64,000 nt of DNA from an uncultured Negativicutes bacterium (GTDB lineage: Bacteria > Bacillota > Negativicutes > JBAXTZ01). The position numbers and the translations under genes were made by a program. Every line of letters begins with the position of its first letter. Position 1 is the stretch's first letter. A model generated the notes under the pieces. That model worked only from the letters and a program-made list of their open reading frames with translations, searched no databases and was not told where the DNA came from. Below are positions 20,968-31,346 of the stretch, piece after piece. The stretch is taken from NCBI GenBank assembly GCA_963721525.1, contig CAVRJL010000015.1, positions 32,001-96,000 on the forward strand, written 5' to 3'.

Positions 20968-22827
20968 TTAAATATAATTTTTAACATCTTCTTTGTATTC
21001 TGTTTCACATTGTTTTTTTACATGATCTATAAGTAATTCTAATTCATTATCCGAAACAAATACACCTTGTACTCGCATAGGCTTTATAGAACTAAAAGGA
21101 CTAAATAACATATCTCCTTTTCCCAATAATTTTTCTGCTCCGCCTATGTCTAAGATAGTTCGCGAATCAACTTGTGAAGCAACAGAAAAAGCTATTCTAG
21201 AAGGAATATTATTGCGAATTGTTCCGGTTATAATATCAATTGAAGGTCTCTGTGTAGCCAATATAAGATGAATTCCTGCCGCTCTGGCCTTTTGTGCTAA
21301 TCTGCATACGGCATTCTCCACATCTACTGGAGCTACCATCATCAGGTCAGCTAACTCGTCTATAATTATTACAATAAAAGGTAATTTTTCTTGTTCATTC
21401 TTTTGATTATAACGATTAATATCTCTTACAACCGCTTTAGCAAATAAATTATAGCGTTTATTCATCTCTTTAACTGCCCAATTAAGGGCATTTGAAGCAC
21501 GCTCAGCGTTAGTCACAACAGGAACAAGTAAATGAGGGATACCGTCATAATTAGTTAATTCTACCATTTTCGGATCAATCATAATAAATTTCACTTCGTT
21601 AGGTCGAGCCTTATATAAAATACTGCTTATTATAGAATTAATGCATACGCTTTTACCCGAACCGGTCGAACCTGCGACAAGCAAATGTGGCATATTCGAT
21701 AAATCACTTGTTACTGTATTACCAGTAATATCTTTTCCCAATCCTATGGTTAAAGGTGATTTTGACATACGAAATTCATTGCTGTCAATGATATCATATA
21801 AAGACACGTTAGTAATTATTTTATTTGGAACTTCAATTCCTATGGCAGCTTTACCTGGTATTGGAGCCTCAATTCTTACTGCACCTACGGCAAAGTTTAA
21901 AGCTATATCATCAGCAAGATTTGTTATTTTGCTTACTTTTACGCCAAGCGCCGGTTCCAATTCATACCGCGTAACAGCTGGTCCCACTGCAATGTTTATT
22001 ACTTTAGCTTCTACTCCAAAACTAGCTAAAGTTTCTTCTAAAAATTTCACTAATTCATTAAAGACATCCTTATTTGTGCTTTTTATTTTTACAGGCATAT
22101 GTAATAAATTTAATGATGGTAATTTATATTTATTGTTGTCAGTATTTTTAATTTCACCTTTTAACTCGGAGATTGAAACTATATTATTTTGCTTTGTTTT
22201 AGTGTCTTCTGCTCTTTTAATTTTTTCTACATCAAAAATTTCTTGAGTTTTTTTTATTTTTTTTTCTGGCGTAAATTTTTCACGTTTTTGATGCATTTTA
22301 TCTATTGTATTCGTGTAAATTTTGTTTAAACGTTTTTTATTATCAATAACATAATCTGTTATGGACCATGTTGTAGCTGATATTATAGCTATTAAATTCA
22401 AAAAAAGCAAAACTATATTTGCTCCTATTAGTCCAAATAATTTACGCATTCCTAAAATAATAAACCCAGAAAAAATACCACCGTAATTTTTTATTGTTGC
22501 AGGATTATTAATTGGAATTAATTCTTGTTTTTCAGGAACAAATATTCCGTGGTAAAGTGACAACGAAAATAAAAAAAGACTTATTATAGCTAAAAATCTT
22601 AAAGAGTACTTTATAGGACGTCGCGTGATAATATATTTAAAGCCTATAACTATAAAAATAATAGATACAACATATCCTCCTATTCCAAATCCGTAAACTA
22701 AAAAATATTTAATAAATTCGCCTACAAATCCAATATTTTTTACTAACAAAGTAGATAATGAAAATACACCAAACCCTGTGTATATTATACCAATAATCTC
22801 ATACTTTATTTTTTGCGCATTCGCCAT
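20968..22827 (-). CDS. ftsK: FtsK/SpoIIIE DNA translocase lacking the C-terminal gamma domain
   Basis: 4 TM N-terminus, [29 protein letters not shown]; ends just after the motor domain. Confidence 0.93.
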   Translation of the reverse strand: MANAQKIKYEIIGIIYTGFGVFSLSTLLVKNIGFVGEFIKYFLVYGFGIGGYVVSIIFIVIGFKYIITRRPIKYSLRFLAIISLFLFSLSLYHGIFVPEKQELIPINNPATIKNYGGIFSGFIILGMRKLFGLIGANIVLLFLNLIAIISATTWSITDYVIDNKKRLNKIYTNTIDKMHQKREKFTPEKKIKKTQEIFDVEKIKRAEDTKTKQNNIVSISELKGEIKNTDNNKYKLPSLNLLHMPVKIKSTNKDVFNELVKFLEETLASFGVEAKVINIAVGPAVTRYELEPALGVKVSKITNLADDIALNFAVGAVRIEAPIPGKAAIGIEVPNKIITNVSLYDIIDSNEFRMSKSPLTIGLGKDITGNTVTSDLSNMPHLLVAGSTGSGKSVCINSIISSILYKARPNEVKFIMIDPKMVELTNYDGIPHLLVPVVTNAERASNALNWAVKEMNKRYNLFAKAVVRDINRYNQKNEQEKLPFIVIIIDELADLMMVAPVDVENAVCRLAQKARAAGIHLILATQRPSIDIITGTIRNNIPSRIAFSVASQVDSRTILDIGGAEKLLGKGDMLFSPFSSIKPMRVQGVFVSDNELELLIDHVKKQCETEYKEDVKNYI

Positions 22828-22951
22828 ATGTCACCATAATTATTATATTTTTTATTATTATAACAAACGTAATATAATAAAGCTAGGTTTTCTATTTTTA
22901 AATTATTCTTATTTGAATACAACCTATCTTTATATCACAAAATAGAGCAGA

Positions 22952-22988
22952 AATAAAAACCAATGTTAAACTAACATTGGTTTTTATT
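22952..22988 (-). terminator. Intrinsic terminator of tRNA operon
   Basis: 17-bp inverted repeat aataaaaaccaatgtta/taacattggtttttatt including U-tract. Confidence 0.8.
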
Positions 22989-23001
22989 ATGTTAATATTT
23001 T

Positions 23002-23090
23002 TGGTGCCGAGGACCGGAATCGAACCGGTACGAGTATCACTACCCGAGGGATTTTAAGTCCCTTGCGTCTGCCAGTTCCGCCACCCCGGC
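23002..23090 (-). tRNA. tRNA-Leu(TAA)
   Basis: Cloverleaf, CT-TAA-AA loop, variable arm, CCA. Confidence 0.95.
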
Positions 23091-23098
23091 TTTTTTTG

Positions 23099-23172
23099 TG
23101 GAGGCGGCACTCAGATTTGAACTGAGGATAAAGGATTTGCAGACCTCTGCCTTACCACTTGGCTATGCCGCC
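23099..23172 (-). tRNA. tRNA-Cys(GCA)
   Basis: Cloverleaf, CT-GCA-AA loop, CCA. Confidence 0.95.
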
Positions 23173-23178
23173 AAAATC

Positions 23179-23253
23179 TGGAGCGGAAAACGAGATTCGA
23201 ACTCGCGACCCTCGCCTTGGCAAGGCGATGCTCTACCACTGAGCTATTTCCGC
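23179..23253 (-). tRNA. tRNA-Gly(GCC)
   Basis: Cloverleaf, TT-GCC-AA loop, CCA. Confidence 0.95.
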
Positions 23254-23263
23254 AAGTGCTTCA

Positions 23264-23339
<76 letters not shown>

Positions 23340-23350
23340 ATTAACATAAA

Positions 23351-23427
23351 TGGCGACCCCGAAGGGATTTGAACCCTCGATCTCCGCCGTGACAGGGCGG
23401 CATGTTAAACCACTACACCACGGGGCC
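23351..23427 (-). tRNA. tRNA-Asp(GTC)
   Basis: Cloverleaf, CT-GTC-AC loop, CCA. Confidence 0.95.
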
Positions 23428-23449
23428 ACATTTATTTAAGACAAACGTT

Positions 23450-23478
23450 ATTATATTCAATAACCGCTAAATTGTCAA
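23450..23478 (-). promoter_or_regulatory. Consensus sigma-A promoter of tRNA operon
   Basis: Perfect TTGACA-17 nt-TATAAT. Confidence 0.9.
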
Positions 23479-23527
23479 CCTTAATTAAATTAATATATTT
23501 TTCTCCTATTTTAAATCTCATTTTTTA

Positions 23528-24112
23528 TCATTTATCATTATCGATTTTTCCTATTTTTTTACCCAATATTCTATCTAAAACTATAGCAACTGCTGATCGA
23601 ACGCAAAGATGATTATAATTTGTTTCAGTTTTTATCGGTTCTAATATATAATCAAATTTTTCTATTATGTTTTTCGCTAAACCATTACCTGTACCAAACA
23701 ACAATAATAATGGATTTTTTTTATTTGTTGCCAACGTTCTTGCCTGATCATAAGTTATTGTATTAGGATATATTCGAGCATCAGTGATAACTACTACAGG
23801 TTTTTTGTTTTCTTTTTGCATAATTTTTTCTATAACTTCCTCAATGTCTGATACGATCATAGTTGATGTCAAGGCTTTATTTCTATCAGGATTGTATATA
23901 GATCCGAAACCGTTTTGCCAATAATCCAATATTTTTTGTACGATTTCTACCTGTTTACGCTGCGGATGAATAATAAAATAGTTTTTTATTCCGTAAGTTA
24001 TTGCTGTGCGCGATATATCATGTACATCAAAATTGGTTACAGCAGTTGTTATTATATCATAGTTTTTATTATACACGGGATAATGCACAAGTCCTATATA
24101 TACTTTACTCAT
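23528..24112 (-). CDS. SPOUT-class RNA methyltransferase (trmD-associated family)
   Basis: YIGLVHYPV, TNFDVHDISR, LFGTGNGL, YNHLCVRSA. Confidence 0.88.
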   Translation of the reverse strand: MSKVYIGLVHYPVYNKNYDIITTAVTNFDVHDISRTAITYGIKNYFIIHPQRKQVEIVQKILDYWQNGFGSIYNPDRNKALTSTMIVSDIEEVIEKIMQKENKKPVVVITDARIYPNTITYDQARTLATNKKNPLLLLFGTGNGLAKNIIEKFDYILEPIKTETNYNHLCVRSAVAIVLDRILGKKIGKIDNDK

Positions 24113-24806
24113 TAATTTCTTCCTTAGCATCTAATAAATCAGGACGCAATTCTTTAGTTATTTTTTTTGACTCTTGTACCCTCCATTTTTTTATCTGCTC
24201 ATGATTCCCGCTCAATAGAACTGCCGGGACTTTTTCATTTAAATATTCACGCGGACGCGTATATTGCGGATATTCTAAATAGTTGTTGTTAAATGATTCA
24301 TTATCAATGCTTTTTTTTGATCCTAATACTCCAGGAACTAAACGTGCGATAGAATCAATTATTACCATTGCAGGCAACTCTCCTCCTGTTAAAATATAAT
24401 CACCAATAGAATAAGTATTTGCGTCTAAAATTATTTTTACCCTTTCGTCAATCCCTTCATAATGTCCGCATATTAATATCAAATGTTGTACCAATGAAAA
24501 TTCTACCGCATCTTTTTGTTTAAATAATTTCCCTGCAGGACTTAATATTATTATTTTTACATTTTCCTTATTTGTTTGCTTTTTTATATATTCAACAGCT
24601 TGTACAATAGGTTCAGGCATCATAACCATTCCTGCTCCTCCGCCATAAGGATAGTTGTCAACCTTATTATGTTTATTAACTGCAAAATCGCGTAAGTTAA
24701 TCAGCTTTATAGATATTAATTTTGTTTTTATAGCACGTTTAACTATACTATATTCAAAGGGGCCGTTAAACATTTCAGGGAACAATGAAATAATGGAAAT
24801 TTTCAT
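24105..24806 (-). CDS. trmD: tRNA (guanine-N1)-methyltransferase
   Basis: LFPEMF, PYGGGAGMV, CGHYEGIDER, IGDYILTGGE, YPQYTRP. Confidence 0.97.
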   Translation of the reverse strand: MKISIISLFPEMFNGPFEYSIVKRAIKTKLISIKLINLRDFAVNKHNKVDNYPYGGGAGMVMMPEPIVQAVEYIKKQTNKENVKIIILSPAGKLFKQKDAVEFSLVQHLILICGHYEGIDERVKIILDANTYSIGDYILTGGELPAMVIIDSIARLVPGVLGSKKSIDNESFNNNYLEYPQYTRPREYLNEKVPAVLLSGNHEQIKKWRVQESKKITKELRPDLLDAKEEINE

Positions 24807-25300
24807 TAAATTTCTTTCAAAATTTTTACTTTAATTTGTTTATTTATTATATCTATATGTTTCACAACTCTTTTTATTGCAGGAATTAGAATACATTCGT
24901 TTTGTTCGCTTTCAACAATATATATATCATTACTTATAGTTCTATAAACATCAATTATTTTGCCTAACAAGCGCTTTTCTTCATATACTTTACAGCCGAT
25001 AATTTCGAATATATAATATGTTCCCTCACTCAAAGGAGTAAGCTCGTTTTGTGTTATTTCTAAATATTGATTATTGAATCGCTCTGCGCTTGTTCTATCA
25101 TTTATATTAGCTAGTTTAATAAGAAAATATTCTTTATTTTTTATTTGAGCCACTTTCTCAATATTATACTTTTTACCATTTATAACTACATCATTCATTT
25201 TTATAAAACGTTTGAGAAAATCTGTAAGTGGTTTTATTTTCATTTCTCCCTTGATACCATGAGCACAACAAATAATCCCTATTTTTATTAATTCATTCAT
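24806..25300 (-). CDS. rimM: Ribosome maturation factor RimM
   Basis: IGIICCAHGIKGE, YYIFEIIG, NDIYIV, LIPAI; start set at MNELIK. Confidence 0.92.
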   Translation of the reverse strand: MNELIKIGIICCAHGIKGEMKIKPLTDFLKRFIKMNDVVINGKKYNIEKVAQIKNKEYFLIKLANINDRTSAERFNNQYLEITQNELTPLSEGTYYIFEIIGCKVYEEKRLLGKIIDVYRTISNDIYIVESEQNECILIPAIKRVVKHIDIINKQIKVKILKEI

Positions 25301-25437
25301 AGCGATTATTGCTGTAACCTGATAACAATAATTTTTCTGTCTCCAGGTAATATATGTTAACATATAATTTCTTCAAAGTTATTACCTACTCCAACTTTCA
25401 TTTCGAATTTCAGCTCTTATTTTTATCTCATAATCCA

Positions 25438-25743
25438 TTATTTACTTGACCATTTTTCATTTACAGTAACTTTATTAACGTCTTTGTTTGAACTGTTATT
25501 TTTACTAATATTATTTTTCTTAAGTAAACTTTTTACGGTATCAGTGGGCTGAGCACCTTTATTAAGCCAATGTACAAGTTTATCAATTTTGATATTTACT
25601 TCAGCAGGATTTTTTGTAGAATCATATGTTCCTAAAATTTCAATAAAACGACCATCGCGAGGCGAACGGGAATCCGCTGCTATTATACGATAAAAAGGTT
25701 TTTTGTTTGATCCAAAACGGCTTAAACGAATTTTTACTGCCAT
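25438..25743 (-). CDS. rpsP: 30S ribosomal protein S16 with C-terminal extension
   Basis: [32 protein letters not shown]. Confidence 0.97.
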   Translation of the reverse strand: MAVKIRLSRFGSNKKPFYRIIAADSRSPRDGRFIEILGTYDSTKNPAEVNIKIDKLVHWLNKGAQPTDTVKSLLKKNNISKNNSSNKDVNKVTVNEKWSSK

Positions 25744-25811
25744 ATATAATTTCTCCTTAAGTTTTTATTTTTTTCTTTTTTATTTTTTATATTTAAGATA
25801 TTTAAAAAGGA

Positions 25812-27155
25812 TTAAAATCCATTAAATATCTTAGGTATTCCTTTAAAATTTTTTCCAGACACTTTTACCATTTTTTTCATCATTTTTTTTGTTGACTCAA
25901 ATTGGTTAAGTAATCTGTTTATATCTTGAACATCAGTTCCACTTCCTTTTGCTACTCTTTGTTTGCGGTGGGCATTCATTATTTCCGGTTTTCGTTTCTC
26001 CTGAAGAGTCATAGAGTGAATAATTGCTTCTATTTTTACTACTTGACTATTATCAACTGGAGAATGTTTGCACTGAGCTAATTTACTACCTATACCAGGT
26101 ATTAGTCTCATAATTTGCGATAATGAACCCATTTTTTTTATATTCTGTAATTGATCAAGTAAATCATCAAGAGTAAATTCTTGTTTACGTAATTTATTTT
26201 CTAAAACAGAATTATTTTTTTCATCAAACGCAACTTCAGCTTTTTCCACAAGAGATAATATGTCTCCCATACCAAGTATTCGAGAAGCCATTCTTTCTGG
26301 ATGAAATTGTTCTATACCATCAACTTTTTCGCTTATACCTATATATTTAATCGGCTTTCCTGTTATTGCTTTTGCGGATAATGCTGCTCCGCCACGAGCG
26401 TCCCCATCTAACTTAGTTAATATCATGCCGGTTATATCCAATTTTTTATTAAATGTTTCGGCAATATTTATTGCGTCTTGCCCTGTAATAGCATCTATGA
26501 CCAACAAAATTTCGTGTGGCTTGACACAACTTTTTATATCTAGTAACTCCTGCATTAAAATTTCATCAATATGCATCCTTCCAGCGGTATCAATAATGAT
26601 AATATCACATGCATATTGAGCTGCATATTTTAGGGCATTTACTGTAATTTCTTGCGGCTTTACTTTGTTTCCCATTTGAAAAACATGAATCTTAGTTTTT
26701 TCTCCTAGTACCTGCAATTGTTTTATTGCTGCTAATCGATAAATATCGGCAGCTACAACCAAAGGGTTTTTTCCTTGTTTTTTAAGTTCCTTTGCCAATT
26801 TAATAGATGTAATTGTTTTACCGCTTCCTTGTAAGCCAACCATCATAATTATAGTTGGAGGATTTGAAGACATTGATATTTTATTATACTTTTCTCCCAT
26901 CAAAGAAGTTAATTCTTTATAAACTATTTTTATTATGTGTTGGACAGGAGTTAAACTTTCTATTACTTGCACTCCTACTGCCTGATTTTTTACCTTTTCT
27001 ATAAATTCTTTTATAACTTTAAGGTTCACATCAGCTTCTAATAAAGCCATCCTAACATCACGAAGAGCTTCAGCAATATCCGTTTCTCTTAATTTCCCTT
27101 TACTCCGTAATTTTTTAAACGTTAGTTGTAATTTTTCTGAAAGCGCGCTAAACAT
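25812..27155 (-). CDS. ffh: Signal recognition particle protein
   Basis: ALLEADV, GLQGSGK, DTAGR, TKLDGDARGG, RILGMGD, M domain. Confidence 0.97.
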   Translation of the reverse strand: MFSALSEKLQLTFKKLRSKGKLRETDIAEALRDVRMALLEADVNLKVIKEFIEKVKNQAVGVQVIESLTPVQHIIKIVYKELTSLMGEKYNKISMSSNPPTIIMMVGLQGSGKTITSIKLAKELKKQGKNPLVVAADIYRLAAIKQLQVLGEKTKIHVFQMGNKVKPQEITVNALKYAAQYACDIIIIDTAGRMHIDEILMQELLDIKSCVKPHEILLVIDAITGQDAINIAETFNKKLDITGMILTKLDGDARGGAALSAKAITGKPIKYIGISEKVDGIEQFHPERMASRILGMGDILSLVEKAEVAFDEKNNSVLENKLRKQEFTLDDLLDQLQNIKKMGSLSQIMRLIPGIGSKLAQCKHSPVDNSQVVKIEAIIHSMTLQEKRKPEIMNAHRKQRVAKGSGTDVQDINRLLNQFESTKKMMKKMVKVSGKNFKGIPKIFNGF

Positions 27156-27199
27156 TAATAATTCCTCCGTCTATTGTAATTAATAATTAAACTTCAGTT

Positions 27200-27390
27200 C
27201 TATAAAAGCTAATTTTTAACTATTTATTCAAAATTTGTTACTTGACTAATTTAATCGCAATAACTTTTCTATTTTATTCATTATATACCTTAATAACACT
27301 TAATTTTAGAATTTCTGAGTATTTTGTTGTTAGTAATAAATAATATTTGTCAAATAATTATGTTAAATAAAGATTTTTATTTATCGTAAA
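27200..27390 (-). pseudogene. ylxM: YlxM relic
   Basis: *LFDKYYLLLTTKYSEILKL resembles YlxM LFDFYGxLLTEKQ; canonical position immediately upstream of ffh. Confidence 0.6.
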
Positions 27391-27394
27391 CACC

Positions 27395-27424
27395 ATTCTA
27401 TTATGAACAAAGTTATTCCGTCAA
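27395..27424 (-). promoter_or_regulatory. Probable sigma-A promoter for (ylxM)-ffh-rpsP operon
   Basis: TTGACG-18 nt-TAGAAT. Confidence 0.5.
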
Positions 27425-27451
27425 GTAAACTGCACTCTTTACAGGTTAAAT

Positions 27452-28705
27452 TTATTTACGTTTTTTAATTTTTACAATTATATTTTTATCAGTTAAAAAA
27501 TCCTTATAATTTAGCGCACGACTATGTTCTGTATGAACCCATTTAGAATTACGATGGTGAAAAAGTCCGATAAAAGCGATAGGTATCCAGCTAAGCATAA
27601 ATACTGGATAAAAAGGTAAATAATACCATATTTTCCCTTTTGCTCTCATTCTTATAAGAATATAAGTCATTATAATATATTGAACATAAGTAAACATTTG
27701 TTGTAAAGATAATGGCAACAAATAATGTAAAATAAAAGTATATTTTATAGTTACCTGCGAAATAATCATAAAAATTGTTGATGATATTAAAAATAAAGGT
27801 TGTAATAAAATTGTTATTATCTCCAATAGACGAATATCAAATTTTTTTATTCCAGACTTTATGATTTTCGGAATATACCTAAATGCTACATCAAATTGAC
27901 CTTGCAGCCACCTTTTTCGTTGTCGCCAACTTTGTATGAAAGTAAGTGGTTTCTCATCATATACTATAGCTTCATGAGCCCAAGTTGTTTTACATCCTAT
28001 GAGCATAGCTTTCATAGTAAATTCCATGTCTTCAACAAGACAAGTTGTTTCCCATCCAATCTTTTTTAATAAGTCATAAGATATGCACATACCTGTTCCA
28101 CCTAAACAGCAAGATAATCCCATATTATATTTAGCTAAATGCCAAACATGATTTACTACCCAAAACATCATAGAAAAATTTGCTGATATCCAGGTATCAT
28201 TAGGATTTTTACTATCAATAAATCCTTGAATAACTTTTTCTCCGCGCGATAATCGATTATTCATTACGAGCAAAAAATCCGGATGAACAAAATTGTCAGC
28301 ATCAAATACACATATTCCGTTATATTCTTTATCTATTTTAGCCATTTTTTTTAACAGCCATTCTAGCGCATATCCTTTACCTCGTTTGTTAGTATTAAAA
28401 CGCTCAAATACTTTTATTCCTGTTTCTTTAATTATCTGCGCTGTTTTATCTGTACAATTATCTGCTACCACATATATATCATATAAGTAATTAGGATAAT
28501 TTAAAGCTTGTAAATTTTTAATAAGCTGACTAATTACTTTTTCTTCGTTATGAGCTAGGATAAATAAAGCGAATCTATTTTTAGGATCAATATTTTTTTT
28601 TTCTTTTCTATGCCATAACCCAAAAAAACCTACTATAAAATAGTACCATGAAAACAATATTATAAATATTTGTAAAGGCACCATAATTATATCAAGAACA
28701 TGCAT
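27452..28705 (-). CDS. GT2-family membrane glycosyltransferase
   Basis: AHNEE, VADNCTD, GKGYAL, FDADN, LVED, QRKRW motifs with flanking TMs. Confidence 0.9.
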   Translation of the reverse strand: MHVLDIIMVPLQIFIILFSWYYFIVGFFGLWHRKEKKNIDPKNRFALFILAHNEEKVISQLIKNLQALNYPNYLYDIYVVADNCTDKTAQIIKETGIKVFERFNTNKRGKGYALEWLLKKMAKIDKEYNGICVFDADNFVHPDFLLVMNNRLSRGEKVIQGFIDSKNPNDTWISANFSMMFWVVNHVWHLAKYNMGLSCCLGGTGMCISYDLLKKIGWETTCLVEDMEFTMKAMLIGCKTTWAHEAIVYDEKPLTFIQSWRQRKRWLQGQFDVAFRYIPKIIKSGIKKFDIRLLEIITILLQPLFLISSTIFMIISQVTIKYTFILHYLLPLSLQQMFTYVQYIIMTYILIRMRAKGKIWYYLPFYPVFMLSWIPIAFIGLFHHRNSKWVHTEHSRALNYKDFLTDKNIIVKIKKRK

Positions 28706-28723
28706 TAAATAACCTTCCACTCT

Positions 28724-29386
28724 TTAATTTGCTAAAAAATTTATAAAACCAAAACATATATAACAAATCGTTATGCTAAATAAAACAAGATAGACTGAAA
28801 AAGAAAAAGAAATCAAGATTATTAAAGCCAATAATGATGAAGGTATCCAAAGCAATTTTCGAAAACAATTATTTTCCCTTTTAAAATCAGGTAATTTTAA
28901 AATACTCACCATTAAAATCCCTACTAGCAAGACATATATTACATTTATCCATATAGGTAAAGATAAATCGCTAAGTGCATAACTTACTATAGCAATACCT
29001 GCTATTGGAGTAGGTACTCCTTGAAAATAGCCCTTTATGCTATTTTCAGTAATATTAAAACGAGCTAATCTCCATATTCCGCATAAAACAAATACTGCAG
29101 CAATTACTGCCCCAAGCCAATTTAATGACTTTAAGCATTTAAAATATACTAAAATTGCTGGTGCTGCTCCAAAAGAAATAGCATCACATAATGAATCAAG
29201 TTCTTTCCCCATATCGTCTGATACATTAAAAAATCTAGCTATACGACCATCAAGCACATCTGCTACAGCAGCTAATAATATTAATAACGCTGCTAAAGTA
29301 TAAAAGCCGTTTATAGTAGCGATAATAGCTAAAACTCCGAATAAAGCATTAGACAAAGTAAATATATTAGGTATCAAGTTTTTCAT
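28724..29386 (-). CDS. pssA: CDP-diacylglycerol-serine O-phosphatidyltransferase
   Basis: DVLDGRIAR...GKELDSLCDAISFG, RLARFN, FQGVP; adjacent to psd. Confidence 0.92.
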   Translation of the reverse strand: MKNLIPNIFTLSNALFGVLAIIATINGFYTLAALLILLAAVADVLDGRIARFFNVSDDMGKELDSLCDAISFGAAPAILVYFKCLKSLNWLGAVIAAVFVLCGIWRLARFNITENSIKGYFQGVPTPIAGIAIVSYALSDLSLPIWINVIYVLLVGILMVSILKLPDFKRENNCFRKLLWIPSSLLALIILISFSFSVYLVLFSITICYICFGFINFLAN

Positions 29387-30030
29387 TACTTCACCTTAGG
29401 TAAAATACCTATAATAGTTTCACCGCAACGCACTTTATCTCCTTTTTTTACCTTTATATCAACAAATTCAGGGACAATAATTTCAGTACAAGAACCAAAT
29501 TTTATCATTCCGTACTCTATTCCTTTTTTTAATTCGCTTCCTAATTTTACCCAAGAAACAATTCGTCTAGCTAATATTCCTGCGATCTGAGTAACTAATA
29601 CTTTTATTTCCCCATTATCTATTCCTATAGAATGACGTTCGTTTTCCCAAGAAACAAAAGACTTGTAAGCTGGAAAAAACCGCCCTTGACAATATTGCCG
29701 AAATTTTATTTTTCCTTCAATAGGGCTTCTGTTTATATGCACATTAAATGGGGATAAAAAAATTGTTATTTTTATTCCTGGTGCATCTATAAAATCCCCC
29801 TCAAAAATTTTTTCAACACCCATAACCTTACCTTCTGCAGGGGAGACAATAAAAAATTTATTTATCGGAATATTTCTTTTCGGATTGCGAAAAAACCAAA
29901 ACATATACGCAGTTAAAATAAAAAATGGGCTACTTGACACTAAATTAATATATTTATAAACACCTATTGTTATTAACATAAAAACGATAATAAATAAAAA
30001 TCCTTCTTGAACAATAATTCCTTTTTTCAT
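29386..30030 (-). CDS. psd: Phosphatidylserine decarboxylase
   Basis: FFRNPKR, SPAEGKV, FLSPFNVHINRSP, QIAGILARRI, IKFGS. Confidence 0.93.
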   Translation of the reverse strand: MKKGIIVQEGFLFIIVFMLITIGVYKYINLVSSSPFFILTAYMFWFFRNPKRNIPINKFFIVSPAEGKVMGVEKIFEGDFIDAPGIKITIFLSPFNVHINRSPIEGKIKFRQYCQGRFFPAYKSFVSWENERHSIGIDNGEIKVLVTQIAGILARRIVSWVKLGSELKKGIEYGMIKFGSCTEIIVPEFVDIKVKKGDKVRCGETIIGILPKVK

Positions 30031-30063
30031 ATTTTAAAACCAAAATAATTATTCATTAAACCT

Positions 30064-30801
30064 TTAATTATCACCATTTTTTTTATTCTTTAATATTGCC
30101 AAAACAAATTTAGGTAAAGTTAATACTCTTTTGAAACGATAAGGTTCTTTTATTAATCTATAGAACCATTCCAGATGTATATTCTGCATCCACAACGGAG
30201 CTCTTTTAGCTGTTTTAGCCAAAATATCAAATGTTCCTCCTACTCCGATTGCAAGTGAAATTTTCAATTTATCAGCGTTATTTGATATCCAAAATTCTTG
30301 TTTTGGCACTCCTAAACCAACAAGTAAAATATCGGGAGTAACTTGATTGATTTTTTCTATAATTTTTTCATTATCTTTTGGAATAAAATATCCATCATTA
30401 CAGCCACATATCAATATTCCAGGGAAATTATTTTCAACATTAATTTTAGCTTTTTCTATTATCTCTTTGGTTGCTCCTAAAAAAAAAAGTCGATATTTTT
30501 CTTTAATTGCTTGGGTAAATAACTTTTTCGCTAAATCAAATCCTGTAACTCTTTCATAAATAGAATGTCCATAATATTTTGCTGCTAAAACTACACCTGC
30601 TCCATCAGGAATGGCTAAATAAGCTTTATTGATAATTTCAGCCAGTTTTTTATTTTTTTGTGCTTGCATAATCATTTCGGTATTTACAGTAACTATATGG
30701 GAAAATTGCTTACTAGAAATTATTTTTTTACAATAAGCAATTGTTTCGTTCATTGTTACAATATCTACTCGCATACCTAATAATTTTAGTGATTTCAACA
30801 T
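30064..30801 (-). CDS. WecB/TagA/CpsF glycosyltransferase
   Basis: TVNTE, PDGAGV, RVTGFDL, GLGVPKQE, GVGGTFD, LEWFYRL. Confidence 0.93.
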   Translation of the reverse strand: MLKSLKLLGMRVDIVTMNETIAYCKKIISSKQFSHIVTVNTEMIMQAQKNKKLAEIINKAYLAIPDGAGVVLAAKYYGHSIYERVTGFDLAKKLFTQAIKEKYRLFFLGATKEIIEKAKINVENNFPGILICGCNDGYFIPKDNEKIIEKINQVTPDILLVGLGVPKQEFWISNNADKLKISLAIGVGGTFDILAKTAKRAPLWMQNIHLEWFYRLIKEPYRFKRVLTLPKFVLAILKNKKNGDN

Positions 30802-30869
30802 TCATTAATCCTTTAATTTTAACTTATTAAAAATTTGAAAAATTTTTTCTTATAAAATTATTTATTATT

Positions 30870-31346
30870 GTATGGGCTAATTTTAAATATTCTTTTCTTT
30901 ATTTTCTCAATTCTACTGTTAAATCTATTTTTTTATACTTTTAAAATTATTACATTTACAATATCTCCATTATTATATTTTTGTATAATTTTAAATCAAA
31001 GCTCAGACTGCAAAGCTTTTATGTTCAAACTTATTCGCTTACTTTTAATATTTCGTTGGTACTATTAATTTTTCAATTAGCTCTAGTAAAATAAACTTCG
31101 ATTAATTATCAAGATTTTTAACATACTCTAAAGCTAATTGCGAAAAAGAAAAAACTCCTTTGCATAAATGCTTAATTGTTCGGAATAAATTTTTTTAGTA
31201 TGTATCATGCTAGTGTTTTATATTCTTTTATTTTTGGCAAAAACACCCTGACCTACAAAAACAATATTTTTTAATATACTTATAATTTCTATTCGAAAGA
31301 TATCACTTTTACGAATATTTTTACTTTCTTTGGTACGTTCTTTCAT
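30870..31346 (-). pseudogene. rpsA: Decayed ribosomal protein S1 moiety of ancestral ispH-rpsA
   Basis: MKERTKESKNIRKSDIFRIEIISILKNIVFV and KRISLNIKALQSEL*FKIIQKYNNGDIVNV match S1 repeat segments; multiple stops and deletions. Confidence 0.7.

Noticed and set aside
30990-31010. TGA aligning with a conserved Trp in the S1 relic, suggesting UGA=Trp or Sec recoding
   Set aside because: Intact genes use TGG for Trp and several end at TGA at the expected length (mrdA, rpe, rluB); it is a nonsense mutation in a pseudogene
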